Positions 21,281 to 31,814 of a stretch of DNA of 64,000 bases are shown here, piece after piece. Under the pieces are notes generated by a model. It did not search any database. It had not been told where the DNA came from and was given only the letters and a program-made list of their open reading frames with translations. The DNA comes from Minutocellus sp. GHC0000111 (Eukaryota): NCBI GenBank assembly GCA_977018835.1, contig OZ361256.1:4588001-4652000 (forward strand). Reading direction: 5' to 3'. A program made the translations under genes and the position numbers. Every line of letters begins with the position of its first letter. Position 1 is the stretch's first letter.

Positions 21281-24009
21281 ATGATGGAACGAAGCATGAC
21301 CGACGCGGCAATCAATGCCGTCAACGAGACGCAATCACTGGCAAAGGACAATGGCCACTCGCAAGCTGATCCGCTCCATCTGGCGGTCGTATTGTTTGCC
21401 AAGGACGATGGGATGGGAGCCCGTGTCGTGGCTCGGGCCACGGCCGCCAATCCCATTGATCTCAACACCATCCGGAGGGGACTGCAGCGTCTGCTCCTCA
21501 AGAAGCCCAGCCAAACTCCCGCCCCGCTCGAGGCTGGGCTCAGCTCAGCCCTGCAGCAGCTCATCCAGCGGGCGACGCAGGCCGCCAAGTCCAATGGCGA
21601 CGCGCTGCTTTCGCTGGACCACCTGCTGATTGGACTGTACGACGACCGTCCAGTCAAGGACGAGTTGATCGGCGCAGGACTTACCAAGAAGGTGGCGACG
21701 AAGTCCATCGAGGACATTCGTGGCGGCAAGAAGATCACGACCGCAGGTGCTGAGGACCAGTTCGAGGCGCTCGAGAAGTACGGCATCGACCTGGTCCAGG
21801 CGGCCGAGGATGACAAGTTGGATCCTGTCATCGGTCGCGATGAGGAGATTCGACGAACCATTCAGATTCTGTGCCGACGAAAAAAAAACAATCCGTGCCT
21901 CGTAGGCGAGCCCGGTGTGGGCAAGACCGCGATTGTGGAAGGTCTTGCCCGACGAATTCTTGAGGGCGATGTCCCTGAAACTTTGCAGGGAGTAGCTTTG
22001 AGAACATTGGATATGGGCGCCCTTGTTGCTGGTGCCAAGTACCGTGGAGAATTTGAGGAGCGTTTGCGTGCCGTCCTAGATGAGTGCAAGGCCGCTGAGG
22101 GCAGGATCGTGCTATTCGTTGATGAGGTCCATCTCGTGCTTGGAGCGGGCAAAACGGACGGTGCCATGGATGCAGCCAATATTCTAAAGCCCATGCTTGC
22201 GCGTGGTGAGCTTCGCATGATTGGTGCCACTACATTGGATGAGTATCGTCAGCATATTGAAAAAGATTCGGCATTTGAACGACGATTCCAGCAGGTGCGG
22301 GTGGACGAGCCCAGTGTCGAGGCGACCATTAGTATTCTCCGTGGATTGACGGACCGCTACGAAGCGCACCATGGCGTTCGCGTGTCAGATGCTGCTCTCA
22401 TTTCGGCTGCTGAGCTTTCGGATCGTTACATTACCACTCGATTCCTGCCTGACAAGGCAATCGATCTGATCGACGAAGCATGCGCGACTCGGCGTGTCCA
22501 GCTCGATTCGCGTCCTGAGGAAATTGATGTGCTGGAGCGCAAGATATTGCAAGCCGAGATCGAGTCGACAGCGCTCGGACGTGAGAAGGACAAGGATTCC
22601 AAGAAGAGGCGTAAGCTTGTACAGGAGGACATTGCCAATTGGAAGGAAGAACTTGCCCCGCTCAAGGCCAAGTGGGAGGCAGACCGTGGCCGTGCCGATG
22701 AGATCAAGCAGACTAAGGAAAAACTCGCCGGTCTGGAGGCCAAGGCTGCAGCCGCCAAGCGCATTGGAGATTACGAGAAGGCTGCTGATCTTGAATATGG
22801 TGCCATCCCTGACCTCAAGGCTCACATTGCCAAGATTGAACGTATTGAACAGGAACGTCGGGCATCGGAGGCCGCCAATCCCGACGCTGAAGAGAGTACA
22901 GTCAGCGAGATAGTTTCTCCCAAGCACATTGCCGAGATTGTTTCGCGATGGACCGGCATTCCCGTTACTAAATTGAGCATGGGCGAGCGCGAGCGTCTAC
23001 TCTCACTTGACCGGCGCCTCATGGAGCGTGTGATTGGCCAGGATGAGGCCGTCAGAGAGGTTACTGACTGCATCCTTCGGAGCAAGGCCGGTCTGGCTCG
23101 TGAGGACCAACCCACTGGATCGTTTCTGTTTTTGGGACCAACTGGAGTAGGCAAGACCGAACTGGCCAAGGCCCTCTTCTCAGAACTGTACGACGGAGAT
23201 GAACGCCACACCTCACGCGCATAGATATGAGTGAGTACACTGAACAGCATTCGGTGAGTCGCTTGGTCGGAGCTCCGCCCGGCTACATCGGGCATGACGA
23301 GGGCGGTCAGTTGACCGAGGCAGTGCGCAGGAAGCCCTATACCGTCGTGCTATTTGACGAAGTTGAGAAGGCACATCCGCGAGTCCTAACTCTGCTTTTG
23401 CAGGTTCTCGATGAGGGCCGTCTCACCGATAGCAAGGGAAGAACCGTCGATTTCACCAATGCCACTATCATCCTCACCAGCAACATTGGTGCCCAGTACT
23501 TGCTCGACATTGAGGAGGGCGACGATACGTCTGCGGCTCATGCCAGGGTCATGAAGGATGTCCGCGCCCACTTTTCGCCCGAATTCCTCAACCGTCTGTC
23601 GGCCATTATCATGCTCAACTCTCTTGGCATCGACCAGCTCGAGAAGATTTGCCACAAGGCCATGAAGGGCGTTAAGCGACGTCTGCTGGCCCAGGGCGTC
23701 CGCGTCGTACTTGAAAGTAGTGGCGCCAAGGCCATTTTGGACGCAAGCTACGATCGCAATTTCGGTGCTCGTCCAGTTGAACGATACCTGCAACAGACTG
23801 TGGTCACAGAACTGTCCAAGATGCTCATCAGCGGTAAGCTTGCAAGTGGATCGACAGTTCACATCGAGGCTGTTTCAGACGCCGATGCTGAGCCCACTAG
23901 CTTGCCCTCCAATAAGAGAGCCCGGACTCTCAATTATCGGATCGAGAAGACCATTAGTATCGACGGCGAAGAAGGCAACGAGTGGATGGAGGTGGAGGAT
24001 GTTGACTGA
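21281..24009 (+). CDS. clpB: Cytosolic ClpB/Hsp101 disaggregase; 2-bp (AC) insertion frameshift near 23210
   Basis: Clp-N repeats; 'LDPVIGRDEEIRR', 'GEPGVGKT', 'FLGPTGVGKTELAK', '(LTRID)MSEY', 'FGARP'; no targeting peptide; ends EVEDVD. Confidence 0.95.
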
Positions 24010-24236
24010 GCATGTCGACCAAGACTCGTCTTTGTATATTATTATCAAATGAAATATAGATTAGCATAGAGAAGAAGCAACCAAATATAATTCAGTATAA
24101 TTAGAATCGAACCTTAGCACTCAGGCTTACGCTACAGTTTAATATATATCTCTAAATTATACACACGTTTATTGAATTGTCATAGTGAGAAGACAAAGAC
24201 AATAGGTTTGAGCTGAAAGGCCATTCTCTAGCATTG

Positions 24237-24239
<3 letters not shown>

Positions 24240-24268
<29 letters not shown>
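24240..24268. repeat. (CA)n microsatellite
   Basis: About 14 CA units. Confidence 0.95.
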
Positions 24269-24271
<3 letters not shown>

Positions 24272-24298
24272 CGTGTAGAAATCTCAGCACACACGCGC

Positions 24299-24820
24299 TC
24301 AAAAGATATCGCCAGAAAAGGGCAACCACCAGCCCTTGTATAGAGTTTCATGCTCTAAAAGCACAGGCTCTGCTTGTTTGTTTGCTGTCGCTGGTGCTAC
24401 CTTTGCCTTCTTGAGATTGCGACGTGCTCGTGCCAGCTTCTTGTTCTTCTTGGCTTCTCTCACCATGAGAGGGACATTGACATTGAGAACAAAGTTACTA
24501 GCGTCACGCTGCCTCCTGGCTTTGTTATTTGATTTTGTTGCTTTCTTGATGTCTTTTTTTGAGAAATTCGCTCGTTGAAGCGTCGCCTCTCGCTGCACTT
24601 CTGATAAGTAGTATTGCGATGCCTTGGTTCGCCGCTTGCCTTGGCGCTCTTTTTCATACTGGCTCACAGCCAAATTGTGATGGTACTGATCCTGATGATA
24701 GTCCCACCCCAACTCGACCGAGGGACCGTATCTGCAAGCTGGATTATTCGAGAGGACTGTGTTGTATTCGCGAACATCTACTCGGTCAAACTGGAGCGTC
24801 TTCGTCTTATCTGGTGACAT
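24299..24820 (-). CDS. Small basic diatom-type orphan protein (CSRNP-N-like 'F..V.VREY..NP....GP...LGW' family)
   Basis: 'KTLQFDRVDVREYNTVLSNNPACRYGPSVELGWDY', then 'YEKERQGKRR', 'YYLSEVQREATL'. Confidence 0.7.
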   Translation of the reverse strand: MSPDKTKTLQFDRVDVREYNTVLSNNPACRYGPSVELGWDYHQDQYHHNLAVSQYEKERQGKRRTKASQYYLSEVQREATLQRANFSKKDIKKATKSNNKARRQRDASNFVLNVNVPLMVREAKKNKKLARARRNLKKAKVAPATANKQAEPVLLEHETLYKGWWLPFSGDIF

Positions 24821-25324
24821 GATTTATTTGTTCGCTTCGATAATGAATTCTGTTTGTAAGATGATATGAGGGGCGGAAAACGCGCAGCAGCAGGGCTATG
24901 TGTACAGATTATTTTGCCGTTATGACGATCAAAAAGCTCAATTCACTTCTGACCACCTGCTGGCTATGTAAATGTAGCTGATGTGAAGCTCACGGGGCGT
25001 ACGAGGCTCGTACTTTTGCTTTTGATGGATCATGCAGCAGCCATGCGATGATCGCGATGCCCAAGCAGCTTTGATCGATTTTGCTGCGAGCACTCTCGGC
25101 GTACGTACAGCTGTAAGCGTACGTACGTTTGGAGTGGATCTGGCCGTCGCCCGTTTGAAGGCATCGTGTCACCAAAACTCCGGCAGTTACGCGGCGGCGG
25201 CGGCATGCATTTTCGAGATTTGTAGAGAGCGAAGCAACAATATAATGCCCACCAGCATCTTTGGAGCAGAAACTCCGGCTCGGCGTATAATATATCACCC
25301 CCGTTCCCTAGCTAGCAGCAGACC

Positions 25325-26951
25325 ATGATTGAGTCTGAGCCATTTGCATCGGCTCTGGACTCGGCATCACGTCAACGAGTCAAACATGATGACGATGCCA
25401 CTGATACCACCGACGATTGCTGTTGTGTCAAGCGAGGGCCACTGGCCACAGACCCATTGTCTGGCAAGGCTACGGAGATTCGGGTGCTTTCGTTCAAACG
25501 GCCTCATATGCGAGCGTTCCACTGTTCTTGGATATCCTTCTTCGTGTCCTTCTTCATATGGTTTGCGATTGTCCCACTTCTCCCCTACATCAAGGATTCA
25601 CTTGACCTGACCGAGCGGCAAATATTCATCAGCAACCTCTTCAATCTTATTCCCACTGAACGATTGATTGTGGGGCCCATGTGCGATCGATATGGACCAA
25701 GAAAAGTATTTCTGGTCCTTTTATCCCTAGCATCTATACCGACAGCATGCACTGGACTCGTCAATTCTGCGGCAGGTTTGTACATAATTCGCTTTTTGGT
25801 ATGGCTGGTGGGAGCTTTGTTATTTGTCAATACTGGTCGACAGCAATGTTTGCTCCTGATATTGCCGGTGCTGCTAATGGGTTTGTCGGGGGCTGGGGCA
25901 ATTTGGGAGGTGGTGTTACTCAGCTTGTGGTGGGGACTGGTCTTCTGCCAGCCTTTCTGACCTTGATGTCGCCCGACATGGCATGGAGGACGGTCAGTCT
26001 CATCCCCGCCGGACTTGGTCTGATTACGGGCATAGTGGTATTCTTCATTAGCGATGACTCGCCGTGTCCCGGTGGTAGACACTGCCGTTCGATTGTTGCT
26101 GCAAGCGCTACAATGGCCGAACACGAAGGCTCGCTATATGATTCCGTCAGGAGCGCTTATACGCGGTCGGCAACCTACATCCTTTTCTTCCATTACATGG
26201 TTTCCTTTGGTGTGAAATTGACAATGCTGGGATCAATTGCAATGTACTTTGTAGATGTATTTGGTTTGAACAATTCCCAGGCCAGTGCTGTCGCCTCGGT
26301 AAGTTTCCCTACATGTACTTCATCATGCTTGAACGTCATTACGTGTATCTCCTTGATACTATCTAACATGCCTCAAACTATGGACCATAATCACCCACAC
26401 AAACAACACAGATATTCGGCTGGATGAACATATTCGCGCGTGGTGGAGGCGGTTGGGCTTCCGACAAAGCCAATGCAAAGAAAGGAATCAAGGGAAGAAT
26501 ATGGGTGCACGCTCTCTTTCTGGCTATCGAGGGAATTTTTGTCATCGCCCTTCCCTTTGCAACAAGCTTCAAAGGTGCATTGTCAATCATGATATTCTTC
26601 TCTATATTTGTTCAGGCAGCGGAAGGAACGACCTTTGGGCTGGTTCCCTATGTTGATTTTAAGTTCCCGGGGGCTGTATCTGGTTTTGTGAGCTCTGGCG
26701 GAAACGTTGGCGGTTTGATCTTCACGAGCCTCTTTCTGGTTTGTACTTTCGAGCAAGTTTTTATCACGATGGGGGTTTGTTGCTGGATATCGGTCCCGTT
26801 GGCAATTTTCATTAGAGTAGAGCAGCAATCAGACATTTATGAAGCTTCAGAGGAGGAAAACAATGGGAGCAGCAGCAAGGCTTCAACGTTGGGAACCAGC
26901 AGTAGCAATGGCGGTGAGAACATAATCGATGAGGAAGATCCAACGCCTTAG
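25325..26951 (+). CDS. NRT2: High-affinity nitrate transporter (NRT2/NarK, MFS); frameshift near 25800; intron 26299-26411
   Basis: 'RPHMRAFHCSWISFF', 'GPMCDRYGPR', nitrate signature 'ANGFVGGWGNLGGGVTQ', 'FGWMNIFARGGGGWASD', 'FVQAAEGTTFGLVP'. Confidence 0.93.
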
Positions 26952-26993
26952 GTGCCGGTGCTCCTATCGTTAGTATCCCGAACAGGTTCTGGG

Positions 26994-27068
26994 GAGTGAG
27001 CATTTTTGAGTTTTGATTCATGGTTCAATGGAGTGAGCAGTTTTTGATTTTTGATTCATAGTTCAATG
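26994..27068. repeat. 37/38-bp tandem duplication in the NRT2 3' flank
   Basis: gagtgagca.ttttga.ttttgattcat.gttcaatg x2. Confidence 0.85.
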
Positions 27069-27303
27069 TGCATGTGCACGTTAAGTAAACAAGGCAAGTG
27101 CTTAAGTTACAAAGCTACCTCACAAGGTAGGCCTACAACAGTAAGTGGTAACTCAAGTCGTGCCAATGCCATGCTGCCTCACCTTCGACCTGCCTCTCGC
27201 CTCTCGCCTCTACACTCTCGCCTTCTGAATTCACTTGCTCCGGGTTTCTTTGCCGCATATTCGATTCTGCTATTCGATCAGCACCATCCCATTCTTCGAC
27301 AAG

Positions 27304-28212
27304 ATGACCTCCCCAACAAAGCGACGATGCACGTTCTACGATATGAAACACTCCAACAATGCGGCAAGGATACGTTTGTGGCTTAGGCTAAATAAGGATG
27401 TGCTCGACGATGTCGCAGTGACGCAGCAAGTCATCGTCGAAACCAAGTGGCTGTCTCACGATGACATTGAGTCAGATTCCTTCGCTTCGGTCAATCCATT
27501 GAAAAAGGTGCCAGCTCTGATAGTCCACGATCAGCAAGACACGCCCTTCCAATTATTCGAATCCTCGGTGATCATGGGGTATCTTGAAGACATCGTGCCA
27601 AAATCTGTGCTGAAGATGACCGACGACAACTCTACGGCGGAAGATCGCGCCCTGGTGTCACTCATTGTTCGATGCCACGATCTGTACATTGCATCGCCAA
27701 ACTGTACCAAGCCCAACTTCTCTCATACGCAGGGATGCGTGCATCTGGATCCAATCCCAACTGCATTCACTCCGGCAAGGCGGACAATGAACATCCAAAC
27801 TCGGGCCGGCAAAGTAGGAGAAATTTACAAGCAGCTGCGTTGGTTGGAAGAGAATGGCAAATTCACACCCTATTTGGGAGGTTATCGACTAACGCATGCT
27901 GATTTGACGTGGTTTCCAACGGCTGTATTTTTGGAGTTATTGCTTCCGTTGGTATTTGACTGGACACCGATATTTGTTGCTGGTGATGAGGATGAGGGTG
28001 ATGGGGCTACAATAGCGGCAACAATTCGGCAAAAGGAATTCCCAAGGCTTGGCGGATGGTTCCGAAAATGTTTGGCTACTGACATGTGCTTTGTGGAAAC
28101 TCGGCGAGAAATACGGGGCACTTTGTTGAATCAAAAGGAAAGGGGGCGATTTGCAGCTGTGAAGGATACCGTCGAGGCTCATAGCGAGGAGTTCAAGTGG
28201 AAATATGTCTGA
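27304..28212 (+). CDS. Glutathione S-transferase-fold protein
   Basis: 'HSNNAARIRLW', 'VNPLKKVPAL', 'LFESSVIMGYLED', 'YLGGYRLTHADL'. Confidence 0.85.
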   Translation: MTSPTKRRCTFYDMKHSNNAARIRLWLRLNKDVLDDVAVTQQVIVETKWLSHDDIESDSFASVNPLKKVPALIVHDQQDTPFQLFESSVIMGYLEDIVPKSVLKMTDDNSTAEDRALVSLIVRCHDLYIASPNCTKPNFSHTQGCVHLDPIPTAFTPARRTMNIQTRAGKVGEIYKQLRWLEENGKFTPYLGGYRLTHADLTWFPTAVFLELLLPLVFDWTPIFVAGDEDEGDGATIAATIRQKEFPRLGGWFRKCLATDMCFVETRREIRGTLLNQKERGRFAAVKDTVEAHSEEFKWKYV

Positions 28213-28418
28213 TCGACCGCGAACATATCTGTTGTTGCAACTCTCACTCTACACTGTGTGGAGGTAGAAAATTCTAGGTATATGAATGTAATAAAATCCT
28301 ATGTAAACGTTTACTAGTATCGAATTGCCATCTATCTTGAAGGGATAAAAAAGAAATTTATAATGGTGATATGTACAAAATGATTTAGATTCGACAGTTC
28401 GCTTAATCCTTAATGTCG

Positions 28419-29146
28419 TTACGCGCATTTCATGGCCTCGGCCTCGTCCCTCTTGGCGGCGAGGAGGGCGCGCTTCTTGGCCTTCTTGGTTGTGGACTCG
28501 TAGACGGCGGCGATGTAGGATGATGTAAAGCTGCTGGCATCTTGTGCCTCAAGGACGGTATTGATGGCCAGCGATTGTTCCTGTTGCTGGCGTTGAAGAA
28601 CAGTAGCAGAACGCAGATGCTCGAGGCCGCGGTAGCAATACTTTGACTCGTCCAATGTTTCTCCATGGTCAAGGCCATGGCTGCGCATGTGGCGGACGGT
28701 GCGCTTCATCTCCTTCTTTTGACGAAGGGAGTCGGTAGGGCCGTGCCAGGTGTCGTCGATTTCGTGTTGGGGCATTTGCCATATTCCAGGAATTACCAGG
28801 CAGCGGATGTTTTCGTTGAAGCGAACCGAGCGCAACGGTGATGGTGGTGAGGAGGGCGAAGGCGCTTGGCCTTTCTCCTGGCTTCTTCGGCACGAAGTGG
28901 GAGCTTTCCTTCAAAATCTGCAGAAGTAGAAACGGTAGTCGATGAAGATGAGACGGAAGAATCATGAACGCATGGGTCGGCTTTATTGTTTGTGCGACGG
29001 TGAGCGAGACAGGAAATGGAATTTGCTGCATCAGTCATTGTCGTGCGCTCGTGTCCACGGTGGCATCTGACGGACTCGGCGCGGGTGGTAGCGTCGCCGG
29101 CAACGGTTGGATAGCTACAGAAAGTAGTAGAGGGCGTCATCACCAT
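28419..29146 (-). CDS. Diatom-type orphan 'VxF...RGLE' family protein; frameshift near 28837
   Basis: 'RSVRFNENI..', 'YCYRGLEHL', 'VLEAQ', 'IAAVYESTTKKAKKRALLAAKRDEAEA'. Confidence 0.7.
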
Positions 29147-29555
29147 GACGATTGAGTGATTATGAGATGGGAGGGATTATGTATTTGTGCGCTTGCTACT
29201 GCAATGATGATAACGAGCGTGAGATATTCGGCGGACTTTGAGCAGGAGACGGGATAACGTTGGGATATCAATGTGGAATATCAATCGGTACGGCGTGTAT
29301 GCCGGACTTGATGGGAAGAGTGACAGTGATCAACATCCACTTGCTTGAAATGTGGCCTACATTAAGGCCTTAAACAACGGGACGATCCCGAGAGGAACGA
29401 AGTGCCGGAAAAATCAAGAGCGGGAATGATCCCATATACGTATATGTCTAAACTTGGAAAATACATATACTCTCAGAACATTGAAGATTTCCCCGGACTG
29501 CGTGCCATTAATTGCAGAACGGGGGACGGGGGCCATCGATGCCCAGACAAAAATT

Positions 29556-29621
29556 AACAGGGCCTACATCTTCATTTGAACAGGGCCTACGACGTCACTT
29601 GAACGAGGGCTCCCTGTTCAA
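29556..29621. repeat. Short repeated motif (t/g)aacagggcctac in a divergent promoter
   Basis: aacagggcctac at 29556 and 29579, a degenerate copy at 29601 and an inverted ccctgttcaa at 29612. Confidence 0.5.
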
Positions 29622-29849
29622 GAGTTTGCTGGTTTCTGAAAATGACTAAGTGCAGAAGGCGACCGTCTGACGCACGTTTCTCTGCTGGCTGTCCCACTTT
29701 GCTGTCCCGAACCTTACCATACACTCGATGCTCCAGGCCCAACAAGATTTCCCACTTTCACAATTATGAATCAGTCATAAAACAACCCATGCTCAACTGA
29801 CTCATCAAGAACCAATCGCAACTAAAACTCAAGAGACCTAAATCGAACT

Positions 29850-30550
29850 ATGTCCTCCGCTTCTTCCTCGTCTCCTGCCAACCTCGCGGCCGTTCTTACT
29901 GCTGCCACCGCTGTCGGTTCTTTGCCTCGTCGCCGTCGTCCTTGCCAGGTCGGCTTCAACAGCCGGACGCAGAAGTACCTCGTCCCCTCTCTCGGCGAAT
30001 ACACCGACGAGGAACTCGAGGCCTGCTTCACCACCGAACAAGACACCAAACGAAACCAAGGTGACATCGTCCGTACCATCACTGGCGCTCGCACCCACGG
30101 AATCAACTCCGAGGGCATCTGCATCGGCTCCGTGGCCTCGAGTATCTCGTCAATCCCAGCGATGTCCAAGACCGCCAGGCTGCCAAGGAACGACACTACG
30201 ACGCCATCCTCGACGAACAAGACCGTCAGTGGGACACCGGTGTCTTTCCCACCGACTGCGACGCCATCGCCGAGGCTTCTCTTTGCAGCTCCCAGGAATC
30301 TCGCGACAGGGCCGAGATGATGGGCGCCAAGGATGCCGTCATCGCCCGTCGCATCAACGACAGTGCCGCCTCCGCCGCCAACAACAACAAGGGGAGAATC
30401 AACAAGAGGCGCTCCAGTGTTCAATCCGTTGCCTCGCATCATCGTTCGAGCTCGTTCTCGGTGTGCTCCCTCCCCGAGGAGACGAGCAAGGAGCGTGTTT
30501 CTCAGACAGTAGCCGCCGCCAACCAGCAGCAAGTGGCCCCTCAAGTCTGA
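29850..30550 (+). CDS. Second 'VxF...RGLE' family protein, divergent from the first; frameshift near 30115
   Basis: 'RRRRPCQVGFNSRTQKYLVP..', then in a shifted frame 'RLRGLEYLV..AILDEQDRQW..AIAEASLCSSQESRDRAEMMGAKDA'. Confidence 0.7.
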
Positions 30551-30660
30551 GCAACCATTTAGCATCCACCACTCATCACATTGGCGATGCCACCTTCTTC
30601 CATCGATAACCCAGAGAACACACGCACAAGCGCACAGGCATTGAAGACACATGAAAGCTT

Positions 30661-30745
30661 CGTGATAACACACATGCGCATGTACATGTAATGCTTATGC
30701 GCGTGATAACACGCATGCGCATGTACATGTAATGCTTATGCGCGT
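30661..30745. repeat. 41-bp tandem duplication in the 3' flank
   Basis: cgtgataacac(a/g)catgcgcatgtacatgtaatgcttatgcg x2. Confidence 0.9.
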
Positions 30746-30947
30746 TTCATTAAATTGTACATGTGCACATAATATATTGAAATAAATGTATTTAACTTGT
30801 ACAATTGCACGTGCATGTTGTATCTTTTGTCCTTTATGTGTGTTTTATGTATCTCGATGAGAAGTTTTTATCTTTAGCTAGAGCGCAGACATCATCTTCG
30901 TCTTTTGATCTTGACGCCGTCGTTCCGACGGCTTATGTCCCTGTCAG

Positions 30948-31038
30948 CTCCAGACCCAGTGAGATTTCCCACTTTCACAATCATAATTAAATTCCCATGC
31001 TCAACCAATTGAAGCTACAACACAAGAAACCTAATTGT
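30948..31038 (+). repeat. Diverged direct copy of the 29731-29843 promoter/5'UTR segment
   Basis: Shared collinear blocks ctccag.ccca, agatttcccactttcacaat, cccatgctcaac and caaga.acctaa. Confidence 0.7.
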
Positions 31039-31207
31039 ACATGAGCCAGATGGCATGTGAAAACGCTTCGAAGTGCACGACGAAGTTTTGCAACCCAAAG
31101 TTTTTTTGCCGTCCGCAATGATGATGCAAGCAAGTCTCGAACTCTCCCTTAGAATAAAATCATCGTCTCCCCGGGTCTTTCTCTATTTTCAAATTTCTAT
31201 GCATTAC

Positions 31208-31440
31208 ATGTAGAACAGGAGGGGCTGCTCGGCGGGCATCGGGGAAGGGGATCGGTGGATACAAAAACAGCCTTAACGGTCCTACATGACATGAGCAGGG
31301 ACGAAATAGAAGGCTCTCGAACACTTGCATTTGGAGTGCAGCAGCAGGAGAGCTTCGCTCCGGGGTTGCATGACCTTCGGTCGTTCTAGTTTTAGCATAA
31401 GGATAAGGATAGGAATTCCTAAGGATGTAGAACAGGAGGG
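31208..31440 (+). mobile_element. Putative 5'-truncated non-LTR/SINE-like insertion (31224-31424) with 16-bp TSD
   Basis: atgtagaacaggaggg at 31208-31223 and 31425-31440; no TIRs; 3' tail of taagga-like repeats. Confidence 0.55.
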
Positions 31441-31530
31441 TATCGCATGAGAGTGTCTAATGTTAGCAGATAATGTGTAGAATGTCCAACCTCGCCTGCG
31501 AAGGCAAATTTCATGTCGACTTTTGCCAGG

Positions 31531-31700
31531 CAGCGCAGACAGATCGATCTGCTCCCCCTTTTCACCCTCTTTCCCCCTTACTTCACCATTTACTTTTTTG
31601 ACGCGCATACCGCCAGCGCAGACAGATCGATCTGCTCCCCCTTTTCACCCTCTTTCCCCCTTACTTCACCATTTACTTTTTTGACGCGCATACCGCCAGC
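31531..31700. repeat. Exact 83-bp tandem duplication
   Basis: 31531-31613 is identical to 31614-31696; pyrimidine-rich, about 120 bp upstream of the HEAT gene. Confidence 0.95.
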
Positions 31701-31814
31701 ACGTGCGTTGTATTGCCGCCTTGGAACAGCTGCAGGTTGGTGCTGTATTATTTCTATCACTGGCGCTACTCTACCACCACCACGTCCATTCTCTAAAAAG
31801 GACAGACATTTGCC

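Noticed and set aside
23200..23230. Programmed frameshifting or a micro-intron in ClpB and other broken genes
   Set aside because: No slippery heptamer or GT-AG pair; removing one AC restores DERHLTRIDMSEY.
26958..27007. Hairpin followed by a T-run after NRT2 as a Pol III RNA or terminator
   Set aside because: Short stems, no A/B boxes, and it overlaps a tandem duplication.
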